Below are positions 28,135 through 40,538 of a stretch of DNA of 64,000 nt, in pieces. The DNA is taken from the NCBI RefSeq assembly GCF_009914755.1, contig NC_060928.1. The stretch is one strand, 5' to 3'. This DNA is from the human T2T-CHM13v2.0 reference genome, Homo sapiens. Positions within the stretch are counted from its first letter, which is position 1. Each line of letters begins with the position of its first letter. Both the position numbers and the translations under genes were made by a program. The notes under the pieces are model-generated. The model was not told the DNA's origin, searched no databases, and was given only the letters and a program-made list of their open reading frames with translations.

Positions 28135-28711
28135 CTAATCTAAATATGCAAATCTGACAAAGTATACTTATTATAGTAACATATTATTTATAGCAGTGCT
28201 CGTCCCATTTTCACAGCATGGCCTTCAAAAAACGTATCTGTACTAAACACTGGCAAGCAGAGATAATTCCCAGGTACAGGGAACCAGTCTGGAGCATTTG
28301 GAGCTGAACCACTGTGAGAGCTGAGATCAATATACTGGCAGAAGTGGAGGCCATTCCTAGTTCTGAGAAGCTCTAGTTGTCAATTAAAAGATTCTAAAAA
28401 CAATGCGATGGCATCAAATTCAGGCTTGGAATCCAACTTTCTAGTCCTAGCATTGATAAATAAGCCAAAGAATTTGTAAACAAAGGTAATTAAAATGTTA
28501 TCATTTATCTCACCAAACACTGGCACATATCAAATGATACCAGCTTCTAGCTAATTAAACGGATAGCTATTAAAAAAACTGATTCCAATTACCAAGGCAA
28601 ATCAGAAGATAGCTGTGTTCTAAGAGATCACCTACCTAATAAAAAACACACACATACACAATATACCCTGTTTGGGCATTGTAACAAAATATAAAAATTA
28701 ACAAAATTTGT

Positions 28712-29015
28712 TTCTTTTCTTTTTTTTTGAGACAGGGTCTCTCTCTGTCACCCAGACTGGAGTGCAGTGGCACGATCTCGGCTCACTGCAGCCTCGATCT
28801 CTCTAGACTCAAGCGATCCTCTCATCTTAGCCTCCCGAGTAGCTGGGACTACAGGCGTGCATCACCTACGCCCAGCTAATTTTTTTGTATTTTGTAGAGA
28901 CGCGGTTTCGCCATGTTGCCCAGGCTAGTCTAAGAACTCCTGAGCTCAAGCGACCCGCCTGCTTCGACCTCCCAAAGCGCTGGGATTGCAAGCGTTTGAG
29001 CCACTGCGCCCGGCC
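28712..29015 (-). mobile_element. Alu (AluJ-type, CpG-rich)
   Basis: Reverse Alu retaining many CpGs. Confidence 0.92.
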
Positions 29016-29759
29016 AAAGTTTTTTATTATCTACTTTCCTATCATTTTATCCCTAGTACACTTTCACTTGCTGTTTTCCTTGCATGGCGGGGGCAATAGG
29101 CCTGGTGGGTAAATCTGAATAAAAACGAGAACAGCTGCAGTCTAACTAGCTCTGCCACTTAATGGCGTGACTGGCCCTTTTCAGAAAGTTGTGCCTCACT
29201 GGAATGTTTCAAAAATATGTAAAAATAATATGATCTATAAGACAATCAAAAACGCTTCAAATAAGGCGCGGGTTATATTACATAATATCCCTCCACTCTG
29301 GCAGTGTTGGCAATGGCAGACAACACCATGAAACTGAAAGCATCCCTTCAGTCTGAAACTGGCGAAAAGGCTACAGGTTTACAAAGTCTCACATCAGCTG
29401 AAAATAATACATCCATCAATTCTATCTTTGGCATGGTGTATTCTGACAGTGGTGGATAGAATGTAACCACTTGCTTTATTAATTATGAGATGATTGAAAG
29501 AGGAACTACTAACCAAGAAATTGGTAAAGGCCTAGCACAAATATTTTCCCCCTAATTTTACAGGGGCGGGAAAGACCTGAAGAACTTCAAAACCAAGTGG
29601 GAAATAAGAATGGGTAACTTGTGTATTTTTTTTTCCTGGCTTTTTTTTTTTCCTTCTTCCGAAGTCAACAAAGGCCTCAGGGTGTCCAGATTGCTACTGA
29701 TTCATTCTTACCAAGTTCCTTCTGGTAATAGTTTTCAAAAGAGGATCTCAGTGGAGGTG

Positions 29760-30570
29760 CACAGTGGCGCTCCTAGCTTTCTTTTTACGGAAAGGAGGAA
29801 AGGTGCTTGGCACCAGTCGGGGAAGCTCACGCCAAGTGACCGAGACCAGAACTCGCTCTCGACCGGAGCCCCCCAAGTCTGGTGACTTGGAGGAAGGAGG
29901 ATCCCGAATCCCAGCCAGAACTGAGAAAGCCCTCAAAGGTGCGGAAAGGGGACTTTTCCCTCAGGAAAGCCGGCAACAGCAGAGGCCCTAGCCCACGTCG
30001 CCACACCCACTCCGCGCGCGCCCCTCGCCTCCCAGGGCCGGCTCTGCTCGGCCCCGCGGCCTCTCGGGCGCCCCCAGCCCGCCGGAAAGAAAGAAGCAGA
30101 AACCCGGAGCCTGGGTCCCACCCGCGACCCCTCACCTTCGCCCTTCTCGTCCTCTCACCTGCCAGTCCCCCAGGAAGAACAGGACGCCTCTTCCCCCTGA
30201 TGGGCGGCCACAGGCTCGGATCCTTCCATTGCCGCCTGAGACACCGCCGCCGGCTACTGGAAGGTAGGAAGGGGCGGGACCGTGGGGGGGTCAAGGGGCG
30301 GGCGGAGACGTCATCAGAGGGGGCGGGCCTGGGGAAGCTAGGAGCCCGGCAGCGCCTTCCCGTCAACCCTAGGGGCGTCCTGGTTTCCGGTTTGGGTGTG
30401 GCCGCATGGCGTGCTGTGGTGCAGGTGGCCGAAGGGGGCGTTACTGTTGCGACTGGCATCCGCATCCGGCAGATGTAGATGGAACCAAAGTCCAGAAGTT
30501 ACGCGTCACCCTTGCTCTACAGCCAAACATGCAGGACTCTAGTAACCCGCGAAATGATGGGATAGCGTTG
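29760..30570. promoter_or_regulatory. CpG island / bidirectional promoter of UBA6 and UBA6-DT
   Basis: High GC and CpG density; three GGGGCGGG GC-boxes (~30271, 30295, 30320); CRE/ATF-like GACGTCA (30307-30313); ETS-like TTCCGG (~30385); no TATA box. Confidence 0.92.
30159..30229 (-). CDS. UBA6: UBA6 coding exon 1 (71 nt; MEGSEPVAAHQGEEASCSSWGTGS); 5'UTR extends to about 30275
   Basis: ATG at 30229 in strong Kozak context gcggcaATGG; CAG|gtgaga donor; matches the UBA6 N-terminus as I recall it. Confidence 0.96.
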
Positions 30571-30594
30571 CAAATCCTTAAAAGAGTCTTAACG
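30380..30594 (+). ncRNA. UBA6-DT: UBA6 divergent transcript (UBA6-DT/UBA6-AS1) exon 1; start approximate
   Basis: Consensus donor ACG|gtaaga at 30594/30595 just downstream of the CpG island; a head-to-head lncRNA is known at this locus. Confidence 0.72.
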
Positions 30595-32329
30595 GTAAGA
30601 AGAGGAAACAGCTTTATTTTATAAATAAACTGAAGGCTGCTAATAGCTCCAGATTGTCAGTGAGGGGATACCACTTAAAGATGTTATACATTTAATAAAT
30701 AATTTTGGGAGTCCACTACATGTGAGGCGCTGCCTCAGATTTAATAGAATCATGTGACTTTTAGTGCCATAGATGTCGTTAGATCATCCAGTTTGGTCCC
30801 TTAAATTTGTGGGTAAGGGAAAGGAACTTCCGGTCAGTGCAAGTGACTTGGTCAAGGTTATAGAGCTAGTCACTGTTAGATTACCAGAACACATATCTAA
30901 AAAGTTCTCATATAATTCTTTTTCATTTACTTCCGTGTCACCTTTCTTAGAAAGCAAAAATGAGTTGGACACAATAACATTAGGATTTGTCTTTCACTAA
31001 ATAACACTGTATATTTGAATAAACATCTGCAGGATTTTTAAAATTAGCATATACTTTGGGTATTATGTAATTTTCTGTGATGTATCATATTTTTAATTAG
31101 AAATTTTTCCTCTCATATGGAGATGAGGGTCCAGGCAAAACTGTATTATCCTTCGTGCCCTCTATTCTCTTCAAAATTGCACATCTTAAAATACCTGGAA
31201 GCTTTATGTTGCTCACCTATAGCATTATCCGTGTTCCTCAATCCAGTTGTGAACCTTTTCCACATTAAAATGTTCTTGATCTGTGTTCTATTCTTTCAAG
31301 GCTCTGCTCTAGCACTAAGATAATGCTACAGGACTGAAGATAATGAAAAAGATTGAAGAAAGCAGAAACAGAACAAAAATCAGATTATTTCAAAGTTTCT
31401 TTCCTTGTAAAGGTTAAAACAGAGCATACTTCCTTATTATGCCCACTAGGTTAACTAGAATCTCCTGTTTTTTTAAAAAAAACTGGCTCATTTTTTCAAA
31501 ATCCACTTTAATTACATGGTGCTTAGCACAAGCAACTCCATTCTGGTTTGATCTGATGGGGCCTAGTGTAGAAGGCTAGGCCAAAACAATGGCCTGCCAT
31601 TACCCACGCTTCTTCATATTTTAACATCCATGAATAGAGGATGAATTTTTAAAAAATAAATACAGAAAACGATGCATCTTAAAATTGAGGGCATGTTAGA
31701 TTTGATAAAATATGGTGTGAATTATTTCAGGCATGTAACAAGCAACCAGATTTAACAGATTTTAATGTTTTGTCACATATGTAAAATGGGAAAGAAAACT
31801 AGGCGATCACAGCTTTTTGACAGTGAGGCTTTATGTCATAAGAAAGTAGAATGACATATTGAGGAAACTTAAGGGAAAAATATGTAGGCCAAAGATTTTA
31901 CATTCAGCAAAACTAATATACAAAAGGTACAAACTGTTATCAACAATTGATATATCAATTTGGTGAGACTAGTGTTTTCATGAGCCCCTCCTTAATAATT
32001 AATTGGAGAAAGTGTCTGACAATCAGAATTATTACAGAAACATTGATCTAAGGATTGACTCGGTTTCTTTACAGCAAATCATAATCTGTTGCATTTATTA
32101 GCTTTTGTGTTTCTTGTAGTTTATTCTTTATTACTAATTCTCCTGAGTTCTGTCACCTCATTTCTGAGGTTTTTCTAATTCAGAATCAAGTTCTTCCATA
32201 TCTTTTATCATTTCTCTAATGTCATTTAGCTAGTTTCAAAATAATAAATTGTTTTGTAGTGCATCTTTCAGGCATGTTTTTATTATCTTTGATGATGATG
32301 TTATATTCCTTATTCTCTTCACATAATAA

Positions 32330-32658
<329 letters not shown>

Positions 32659-32770
32659 TTATTGCTCATTTTTATGTGAAATTGGTGTTCCTGAACTAAT
32701 ATGAGACAGGCTTCTTAGCCCAATAAGCCTAAGTTTATCAGGAACAAAACTGTATTCCAAGAAAGTCAGG

Positions 32771-33133
32771 TATATTAGTCTGTTTTCACACTGCTATAAA
32801 GAAATACCCGAGACTGGGTAATTTATAAAGGAAAGAGATTTAGTTGACTCACAGTTCCACATGGCTGGGGAGTCCTCAGGAAACTTAAATCATAGCAGAA
32901 GGTGAAGGAGAAGCAAGACATATCTTACACGGTGGCAGGAGAGAAGTGAGATCGTGGGAAAACTGCCACTTTTAAAACCATCAGATCTCATGAGAACTCC
33001 CTCATTATCACAAGAATAGCATGGGGGAACTGCCCCCATAATCTAATCACCTCCCACCAGGTCTCTCCTTGCACACATGGGAATTAAAATTTGAAGTGAG
33101 ATTTGGGTGGGGACACAGAGCAGACCATATCAT
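32771..33133 (-). mobile_element. MST-type MaLR solo LTR
   Basis: TATATTAGTCTGTTTTCACACTGCTATAAAGAAATACCCGAGACTGGG...GGGGACACAGAGCAGACCATATCA. Confidence 0.88.
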
Positions 33134-33334
33134 CAGGTTTACTGGCTCATTGCAAGGAGGGAGCCCACATTCCAGAAGAACCATGGGGTACCTCACCAAC
33201 AGAGGAAGAGATAGATTTATTGTAGGAATTTGGGGAAGTATGGAGTTTAGAAGGAATTGAAATGAAGTAGTGCTTTGATAGACTCAAAAGAAAGCAAGGC
33301 TGTTTGTAAAGAATTCTACACTACATCTAAACTA

Positions 33335-33378
33335 TTACTAATGGCAAAAACTGCAATTACTTTTGCACCAACGTAATA
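33335..33378. mobile_element. MADE1 (mariner MITE) half element
   Basis: AATGGCAAAAACTGCAATTACTTTTGCACCAACGTAATA matches the Hsmar1 TIR. Confidence 0.8.
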
Positions 33379-33609
33379 CAAGATGGACCCAGGGTTCTGT
33401 TTTTTGGAAATTGCAAAGTTCTGCCTCTCAGAAGTAGAAACTATTTCTCTGTGTCAATGTGACTTTAGATATTCTAGCCAAGAGTGAGATATTTCAATCT
33501 TAATAATAGGATTTAAACAGCAGAGTTTTTGACAATCTTTTGATATTGTCATAAATGTTCTATGATTTTAGAGAAAAGGGCATTGTGTGAGTAAAAAATC
33601 AGTTACTCT

Positions 33610-33613
<4 letters not shown>

Positions 33614-33655
<42 letters not shown>
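33614..33655. repeat. (TG)n microsatellite
   Basis: Seen directly in sequence. Confidence 0.97.
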
Positions 33656-33658
<3 letters not shown>

Positions 33659-35841
33659 AGACATTTTAAAGCATCTTCCAGAGAGAAATAGTATTTTCTG
33701 TTAATTTCACAGCTGGCTTTATTTATGCCTGTTATCCCATAGCTGATGAATGGCAAAGCAGATTTTTACTTTCTTATTCTATGCTTATTTGCTTTCTCAC
33801 AGGTTTTGGGAAAACTTTTCTAATTTCAGAGAATTCCCTTTTCTGTTGCTTTTGTGTAATGTTCAGCAATATTATGGTTTTATTTCCTTTTTAAATTAAT
33901 ACATACATAATAAGCATATATTTATGGGGTATTTTGATATTTGCGTACAAGGTATAATGATAAAACCAAGGTAATTGTGATATCCATCACCTCAAACATT
34001 GTTTATTTCTTTGTGTTAGGAACATTTCACATCTTGCCTTCTAGCTATTTTGAAATATATGATAAATTATTGTTAACTATAGTCACCCTCTAGTGCTATC
34101 GAACACTAGAAATTGTTTCCTCTATCTAATTGTATTTTTGTACCCATTACGCAACCTTTTTCATCCTCCTTACCCCCAACCTTCCCAGCCTCTGGTAACC
34201 ATCATTCTACTCTCTACTGCCATGAGATCCACTTTTTTAGCTCTCACTTATGAGTGAGAATATGTGCTATTTGTCTTTCTATGCCTGGCATTTCACTTAA
34301 CATAATGACCTCCAGTTCCATCTATGGTGCTTCAAACTACATGATTTCATGTTTTTGTGTAGATGACACATTTTTAAAATCCATTCATCTGTTGATGGAC
34401 ACTTAGATTGATTCCATATCTTGGCTATTGTGAATAGTACTGTAATAAACATGGGCATGCAGATACCTTTTAAATTTATTGAATTCCGTTTTTGGATGTA
34501 TACTCAGGAATGGGATTGTTGGATCATGTGGTAGATCTATTTTTAGATTTTTGAGAAACTTCCATACTGTTTTTCATAGTTTCTGTACTAATTTACGTTC
34601 CCACCAGCAATGCACTAGTGTTCTCCTTTTGCCACATCCTCACCAGCATCTGTTATTTTCTGCCTTTTTGGTAATAGTAATCTTAACTGAGGTGAGATGA
34701 TGTCTTATTGTGGTTTTGATTTGCATTTCCCTGGTGACTGGTGATGTTGAGCATTTTTTCATATGTCTGTTGGCCATTTATATGTCTTCTTTTGATAAAT
34801 GCCTGTTTAGATCATTTGCCCATTTTAAAATTGGATTATTTGGGGGTTTTTGCTATGGAGTTGTTTGAGTTCCTTATATATTCTGATTATTAATCTCTTG
34901 TATGAGTAGTTTTCAAATATTTTCTTCCATTCACTGGGTTGTCTGTTCTCTGTATTGATTGTTTACTTTGCTCTACGGAAGGATTTTAGCTTGATGTAAT
35001 TCCGTTTGTCTATTTTTGCTTTGGTTGCCTGTACCTTTGAGGTCTTACCCCAAAAATTTTTGCTCAGACCAGTGTCCTAAAGTATGTCCTCAATGTTTTC
35101 TTCTAGGAGTGTCATAGGTTCAGGTCTTACAAGTAAGGCTTTAATGCATTTTGATTTGATTTTTGCCTATGATGAGATATAGCAATCTAATTTCATTTTT
35201 CTGCATATGGATATTCAGTTTTTCCCAGCACCATTTATTGAAAAGACTGTCCTTTCCCCACTGAATGTCTTTAACACCTTTGTTGAAAATAAGTTGAACT
35301 TTACTGAATTTGTTTATCAACTTCAAGAGTACTTTGATGAAGCTTTTAGGACTTTTTAAAAAGTGTAATATCATGTTTTCTGCAAATAGGTACAATTTCA
35401 CTTTCTCCTTTACAGTTTGAATGCCTTTTGTTTCTCTATTCTCTACATGTTCTCTCCTGTTTCATTGCTCTATGTGTATGTTTTTATACCAATACCATAA
35501 TCCTTTGTAGTATATTTTGAAGTCTACTGTGATGCCTCCAGCTTTGTTCTTTTTGCTCAGGATTGCTATGGCTATTCATGGTCTTTTGTGGTTCCATATG
35601 AACGCTAGGAGTTTTTTTTCTATTTCTGTGAAGAATGTCATTGGAATTTTGATAGTAATTGCATTGAATCTGTGGATGACTTTTGGCATTGTGGTCATTT
35701 AAAAAATATCAATTCTTCCAGTCTGTGAGCATGTGATACCTTTTCATTTTTTGTGTGTGACCTCTTCAATTTCCTTAATCAGTGTTTCATAATTTTCCTT
35801 ATAAGAATTTTTCATCTCCTTGGTTACATTTATTTCTAGGG

Positions 35842-36197
35842 TGTATTACTCCATTTTCACACTGCTGATAAAGACGTACCTGAGACTGGGCAATTTACAA
35901 AAGAAAGGTTTATTGGACTTACCGTTCCGCATGGCTGGGGAGGCCTCACAATCATGGTGGAAGGTGAAAGGCACATCTTACATGGTAGCAGACAAGAGAA
36001 GAGAACTTGTGCAGGGAAACTCCCCTTTTAAAAACCATCAGATCTCATGAGACTCATTCACTATCACTGGACAGTACAGGAAAGACCTGCTCCCATAATT
36101 CAATCACCTACCACTGGCTTGCTCCCATGACAAGTGGGAATTGTGGGAGTTACAATTCAAGATGAGATTTGGGTGAGGACACAGCCAAACCATATCA
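35842..36197 (-). mobile_element. THE1 solo LTR
   Basis: TGTATTACTCCATTTTCACACTGCTGATAAAGAC...GGACACAGCCAAACCATATCA; 5-bp TSD TAGGG. Confidence 0.92.
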
Positions 36198-36716
36198 TAG
36201 GGTTTCTTTTTTTGTAACTTATTGTAAATAAGATTGCTTTCTTGATTTCTGTTTTCACTAGTTTCTTGTAGATATATAAAAACACTACTCATTTTTGTAT
36301 GTTAATTTTGTATCCTGCACTTTACTGAGTTTTTTTAAATCAATTCTAAGAGTATTTTGATAAATCTTTAAAAGCTTTCTTTATATAAGATTATGTTGTC
36401 TGCAAACAGGGACAATTTGACTTTCTTCTTTACAATTTGAATGCCTTTTATTCTTTCTCTTTCCTAATTGCTCTGGTTAGAACTTCCAGTACTACACTGA
36501 ATAAGTGTGGTGAAAATGAATATCCATGTCTTATTTTAGTTCTTAGAGGAAAAGCTTTCAGCTTTTCCCCATTTAGCATAATCTTAGCCTTGGGTTTATC
36601 ATATATGGCCTTTATTGTGTTATGTTCTTTTAAACCTAGTCTATACCTAGAAGATTTTTATTATGAAGGGTGTTGCATTTTATTAATACTTTTCCAACAA
36701 CTATTGAAATGATTAA

Positions 36717-37073
<357 letters not shown>

Positions 37074-38551
37074 TGATGTATCATGTTTATTGATTTTCAT
37101 ATGTTAATCCATCCTTGCATCCCTAGGGTAAATTCCACTTGATCATGGTGAATAATCTTTTTAATGTGCTGCTGGATTCAGTTCGCTGGTATTTTGTTGA
37201 GGATTTTTGCATCTATGTTCATCATAGGTTTTGTCCTATAGTTTTGTTTTTTTGTTGTGTCCTTGTCTGGTTTTGGTATTAGGGTATGCTGGTCTCAGAA
37301 TAAGTTGAAAGAATCCTCTCCTCTTTAATTTGAAGAGTTTGAGAAGAATTGATATTAGTTCCTTAAATGTTTGATAGTATTCAACAGTGAAGCCACCAGG
37401 TCCTAGGCTTTTCTTTGATGGGACACTTTTTGTTACTAATTCAATTTAATTACTTGTAGTTGGTCTGTTTGGGTTTCCTATTTGTTCTTGGTTCAAACTT
37501 GGTAGGTGTAAATGTCCAGGAATTTATCCATTTTCATTAGGCTTGCCAATTTATTGGCATATAGTTATTCATAATAGTCTCTAATGATCCTTTGTAGTTC
37601 TGTGGTATCAGTGGTAATGTCTCCTTTTTCATTTCTGATTTTTAAAATTTGGGTCTTTTTTTTTTTCTTGGTTAGCCTACGTAATTGTTTTTTAATCTCA
37701 ATTTGCTTTATTTCTGCTCTGGTTTTATTTATTTTCTTCTACTAGTTTTGAGGTTGTTTTGTTCTTGCTTTTCTAGTTCCTTGAAATGCATTGTTAGGTT
37801 TATTTGAAGTCTTTCTATTTTTTTGATGCAGGTGTTTATTGCTATAAATAGCAATATATTGCTTTTTTTCAATATTCTTTTGCTGTATTCCATTGGTTTT
37901 GGTATCATATGTTTTTATTTTCATTTGATTCAAGAAATTTTTAGATTTCCTTTCTAATATCTACATTGATCCATTGATCATTCAGGAGTATGTTGTTTAA
38001 CTTCCATGCATTTGTATAGTTTTGAAAGATTTTCTTGTTATTGATTTATAGTTTTCATTGTGGACAGAAAAGATACTTGATATGATTTCAATTTTTTTAT
38101 ATTTTTTGAGACTTGTTTTGTGGCCTAACGTGGTCTATTCTGGAAAATTTTCCATGTGCTGATGAAAAGAATGTGCATTTTCTGACTGTTGGATGAAATG
38201 TGCTATAAATGTCTATTAGGTCCATTTGATCTGAAGTGCAGTTTAAATTAAATATTTCTTTGTTAATTTTTGTGTAGATGATCTGTCAAATGCTAAGAGC
38301 AAGGTGTTGATATCCCCAACTTTTATTGTATTGGAGCCTATCTCTTCCTTTATATGTAATAATATTTGCTTTAAATATCAGGGTGCTCCAATGTTGGATG
38401 CATATATATTTACAATTGTTATGTCTTCTTTCTAAATTGATCCCTTTATCATTATATAATAACCTTGTCTCTTTTTGTTGCTTTTGACTTAAAGACTGCT
38501 TTATTATATAAAAGTATAGCTATTCCTGGTCACATTTGGTTTCCATTTGCA

Positions 38552-39220
38552 TGTGGATTAGTCAATTTTCTTACTGCTATGAAGAAATACCCAAGATTGG
38601 GTAATTTATAAAGAAATAGAGGTTTAATGGACTCACAGTTCCACATGGTTGGGGAGGCCTCACAATCATGGCAGAAGTTGAAGGAGGAGCAAGGGCATAT
38701 CTTACATGGCAGCAGGTAGGAGCACATATGCAGGGGAACTGCCCTTTATATAACCATCAGATTTCATGAGATGTATTCACTATCATGAGAACAGCATGGG
38801 AAAAATCTATCCAATGATTCAGTTATCTCCCACCAGGTCCCTCCTGTGATACATGGGGATTACGGAAGCTACAATTCAAGATGAGATTTGGGTGGGGACA
38901 TAACCAAACCATATCATTCCAACTCTGGCCCCTCCCAAACTTCATGTCCTCACATTCCAAAACCAATCAGGCCTTCCCAGCAGTTCCCCCAAAGTCTTAA
39001 CTTATTTCAGCATTAACTCAAAAGTCCACAGTCCAAAGTCTCATCTGAGACAAGGTAAGTCCCTTCTGCCTATGAGCCTGTAAAGTCAAAAGCCAGTTAG
39101 TTACTTCCTAGATACAATGGAGGTACAGGCATTGGGTAAATACACCCATTTCAAATGGAAGAAATTGGCCGAAATGACAGGGCTACAGGCCTCGTGCAAG
39201 TCCGAAATCCAGCGGGGCCA
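38552..39220 (-). mobile_element. THE1/MST LTR plus adjoining internal sequence
   Basis: LTR ends AAACCATATCA at ~38916, followed by MaLR-int TTCCAACTCTGGCCCCTCCCAAA...GCATTGGGTAAATACACCCATT. Confidence 0.85.
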
Positions 39221-39755
39221 TATGGGTCTGCAGCAACCTCAATTCTTGCCTCTTCAGAAAAAAGAATTTGACTGAGGGGCATAAGGCAGAAAAAGAGACC
39301 AAGGTAAGTTTCAGAGCAGGAATAAAAGTTTATTAAAAAGCTTTAGAGCAGGAAAGAAAGCAAAGTATGCTTGGAAGAGACCCAAGTGGGCACTGAGAAG
39401 GTCAAATGCAGTGTTTAACCTTGATTCTAGGACCTTATAGGCTGGCCCTCCTTCCCATGTCTTGCACCCCTTTCCCATAATTCTTCCCTTAAGGTGAAAT
39501 GCCTGGATGTGCAGTGCCCTCGTTACACTTGGGAGGTGAGCACAAGCAGTGTGTTTAGAAAGTTGTTTGTATGCCCATTTGAGGCTTTCTTCCCTTTTCT
39601 GGTGTTGTGCCCCCGGAAGCTCATGTTCTACCATTTTGTCTCTTAATGCACATGCCCGGGAAGTTGCTTCTCACTGGCATCTGCATTCAATGAACACTTT
39701 AGTGCAATAGGTGTGGACCATCAGGAAATGGCCTCTCCCTGGTGTCGGATGCCAA
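39221..39755 (-). mobile_element. ERV1 LTR (MER50-like)
   Basis: GGTCTGCAGCAACCTCAATTCTTGCC...GAGGGGCATAAGGCAGAAAAAGAGACC...AAGTTTATTAAAAAGC. Confidence 0.65.
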
Positions 39756-40269
39756 TGTTTTATAGTTACAGAACATTTTAAAATGTATTATTTTTACTCC
39801 ATACTCCTGAATTATTGAGTATTAGCACAGAAAGGATGCTTGACCATCATCTAAATGTTCAACTCCTTTGTTTCACAGAGGATGACCCAAAGACATTAAA
39901 TGGCTTGAATAAATTCACATAATTGTAGATGCAGAGTCAAGACTAGAACCTAGTTTTCTTCCTAATCTAGTGTTTTTCTAGTATATTATGCCAGACATAT
40001 TATGTTCAAAAACTGGAACATCTGTTTTGTGGCTATCAAAAAGATTAGGAAATACTGAGTCCTGAGATCAGGCCTTCATGAACACAGTTGGAGAGTAGCT
40101 GACCTTTCGCATTTGAAGACTGGCTTCTTTGCCCAAAGGTATTGTAGTAACATTTGAATGAGTTGGAGGCAACTAATTAGAACCCAGAGGGAATTCCATC
40201 GTAAAGAAAATAACCCTTTCAATAAATGTGAATAATTATCTACTTAAATTATCTATAAATTAGAATATG

Positions 40270-40538
40270 TGTGCCATACACAATGTTTATATCCCCACCA
40301 AATTCATATGTTCAAACCTAATTCCCAGTGTCATGTGAGGCCTCTGGGACATGAGAGCTTAGAGAACTCCCTTGCCTTTTTAGCCATGGGCAGGTGAGAA
40401 GACAGCTGTCTGTAAATTAGGATGTGCACCCTCATTAGACACCGAATCTGCCAGTGCCTTAACCTTTAACTTCCGAAACTCCAAAACTGTGAGAAATAAG
40501 TTTCTGTCATTTATAAGCCACCCAGTCTATGGTAGTTT
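40270..40538 (+). mobile_element. MLT1A/B LTR split by the ST3GAL1 retrocopy (remainder at 47437-47471)
   Basis: ...TTATAAGCCACCCAGTCTATGGTAG joined to TTTGTTATAGCAGCCTAAATAGACTAAGAC rebuilds the MLT1 3' end. Confidence 0.85.

Noticed and set aside
29827-30478. Overlapping long ORFs of 212 aa (-) and 198 aa (+)
   Set aside because: Low-complexity Arg/Pro/Gly/Ala translations expected in a stop-poor CpG island; the minus ORF is out of frame with UBA6 and runs through the exon-1 donor
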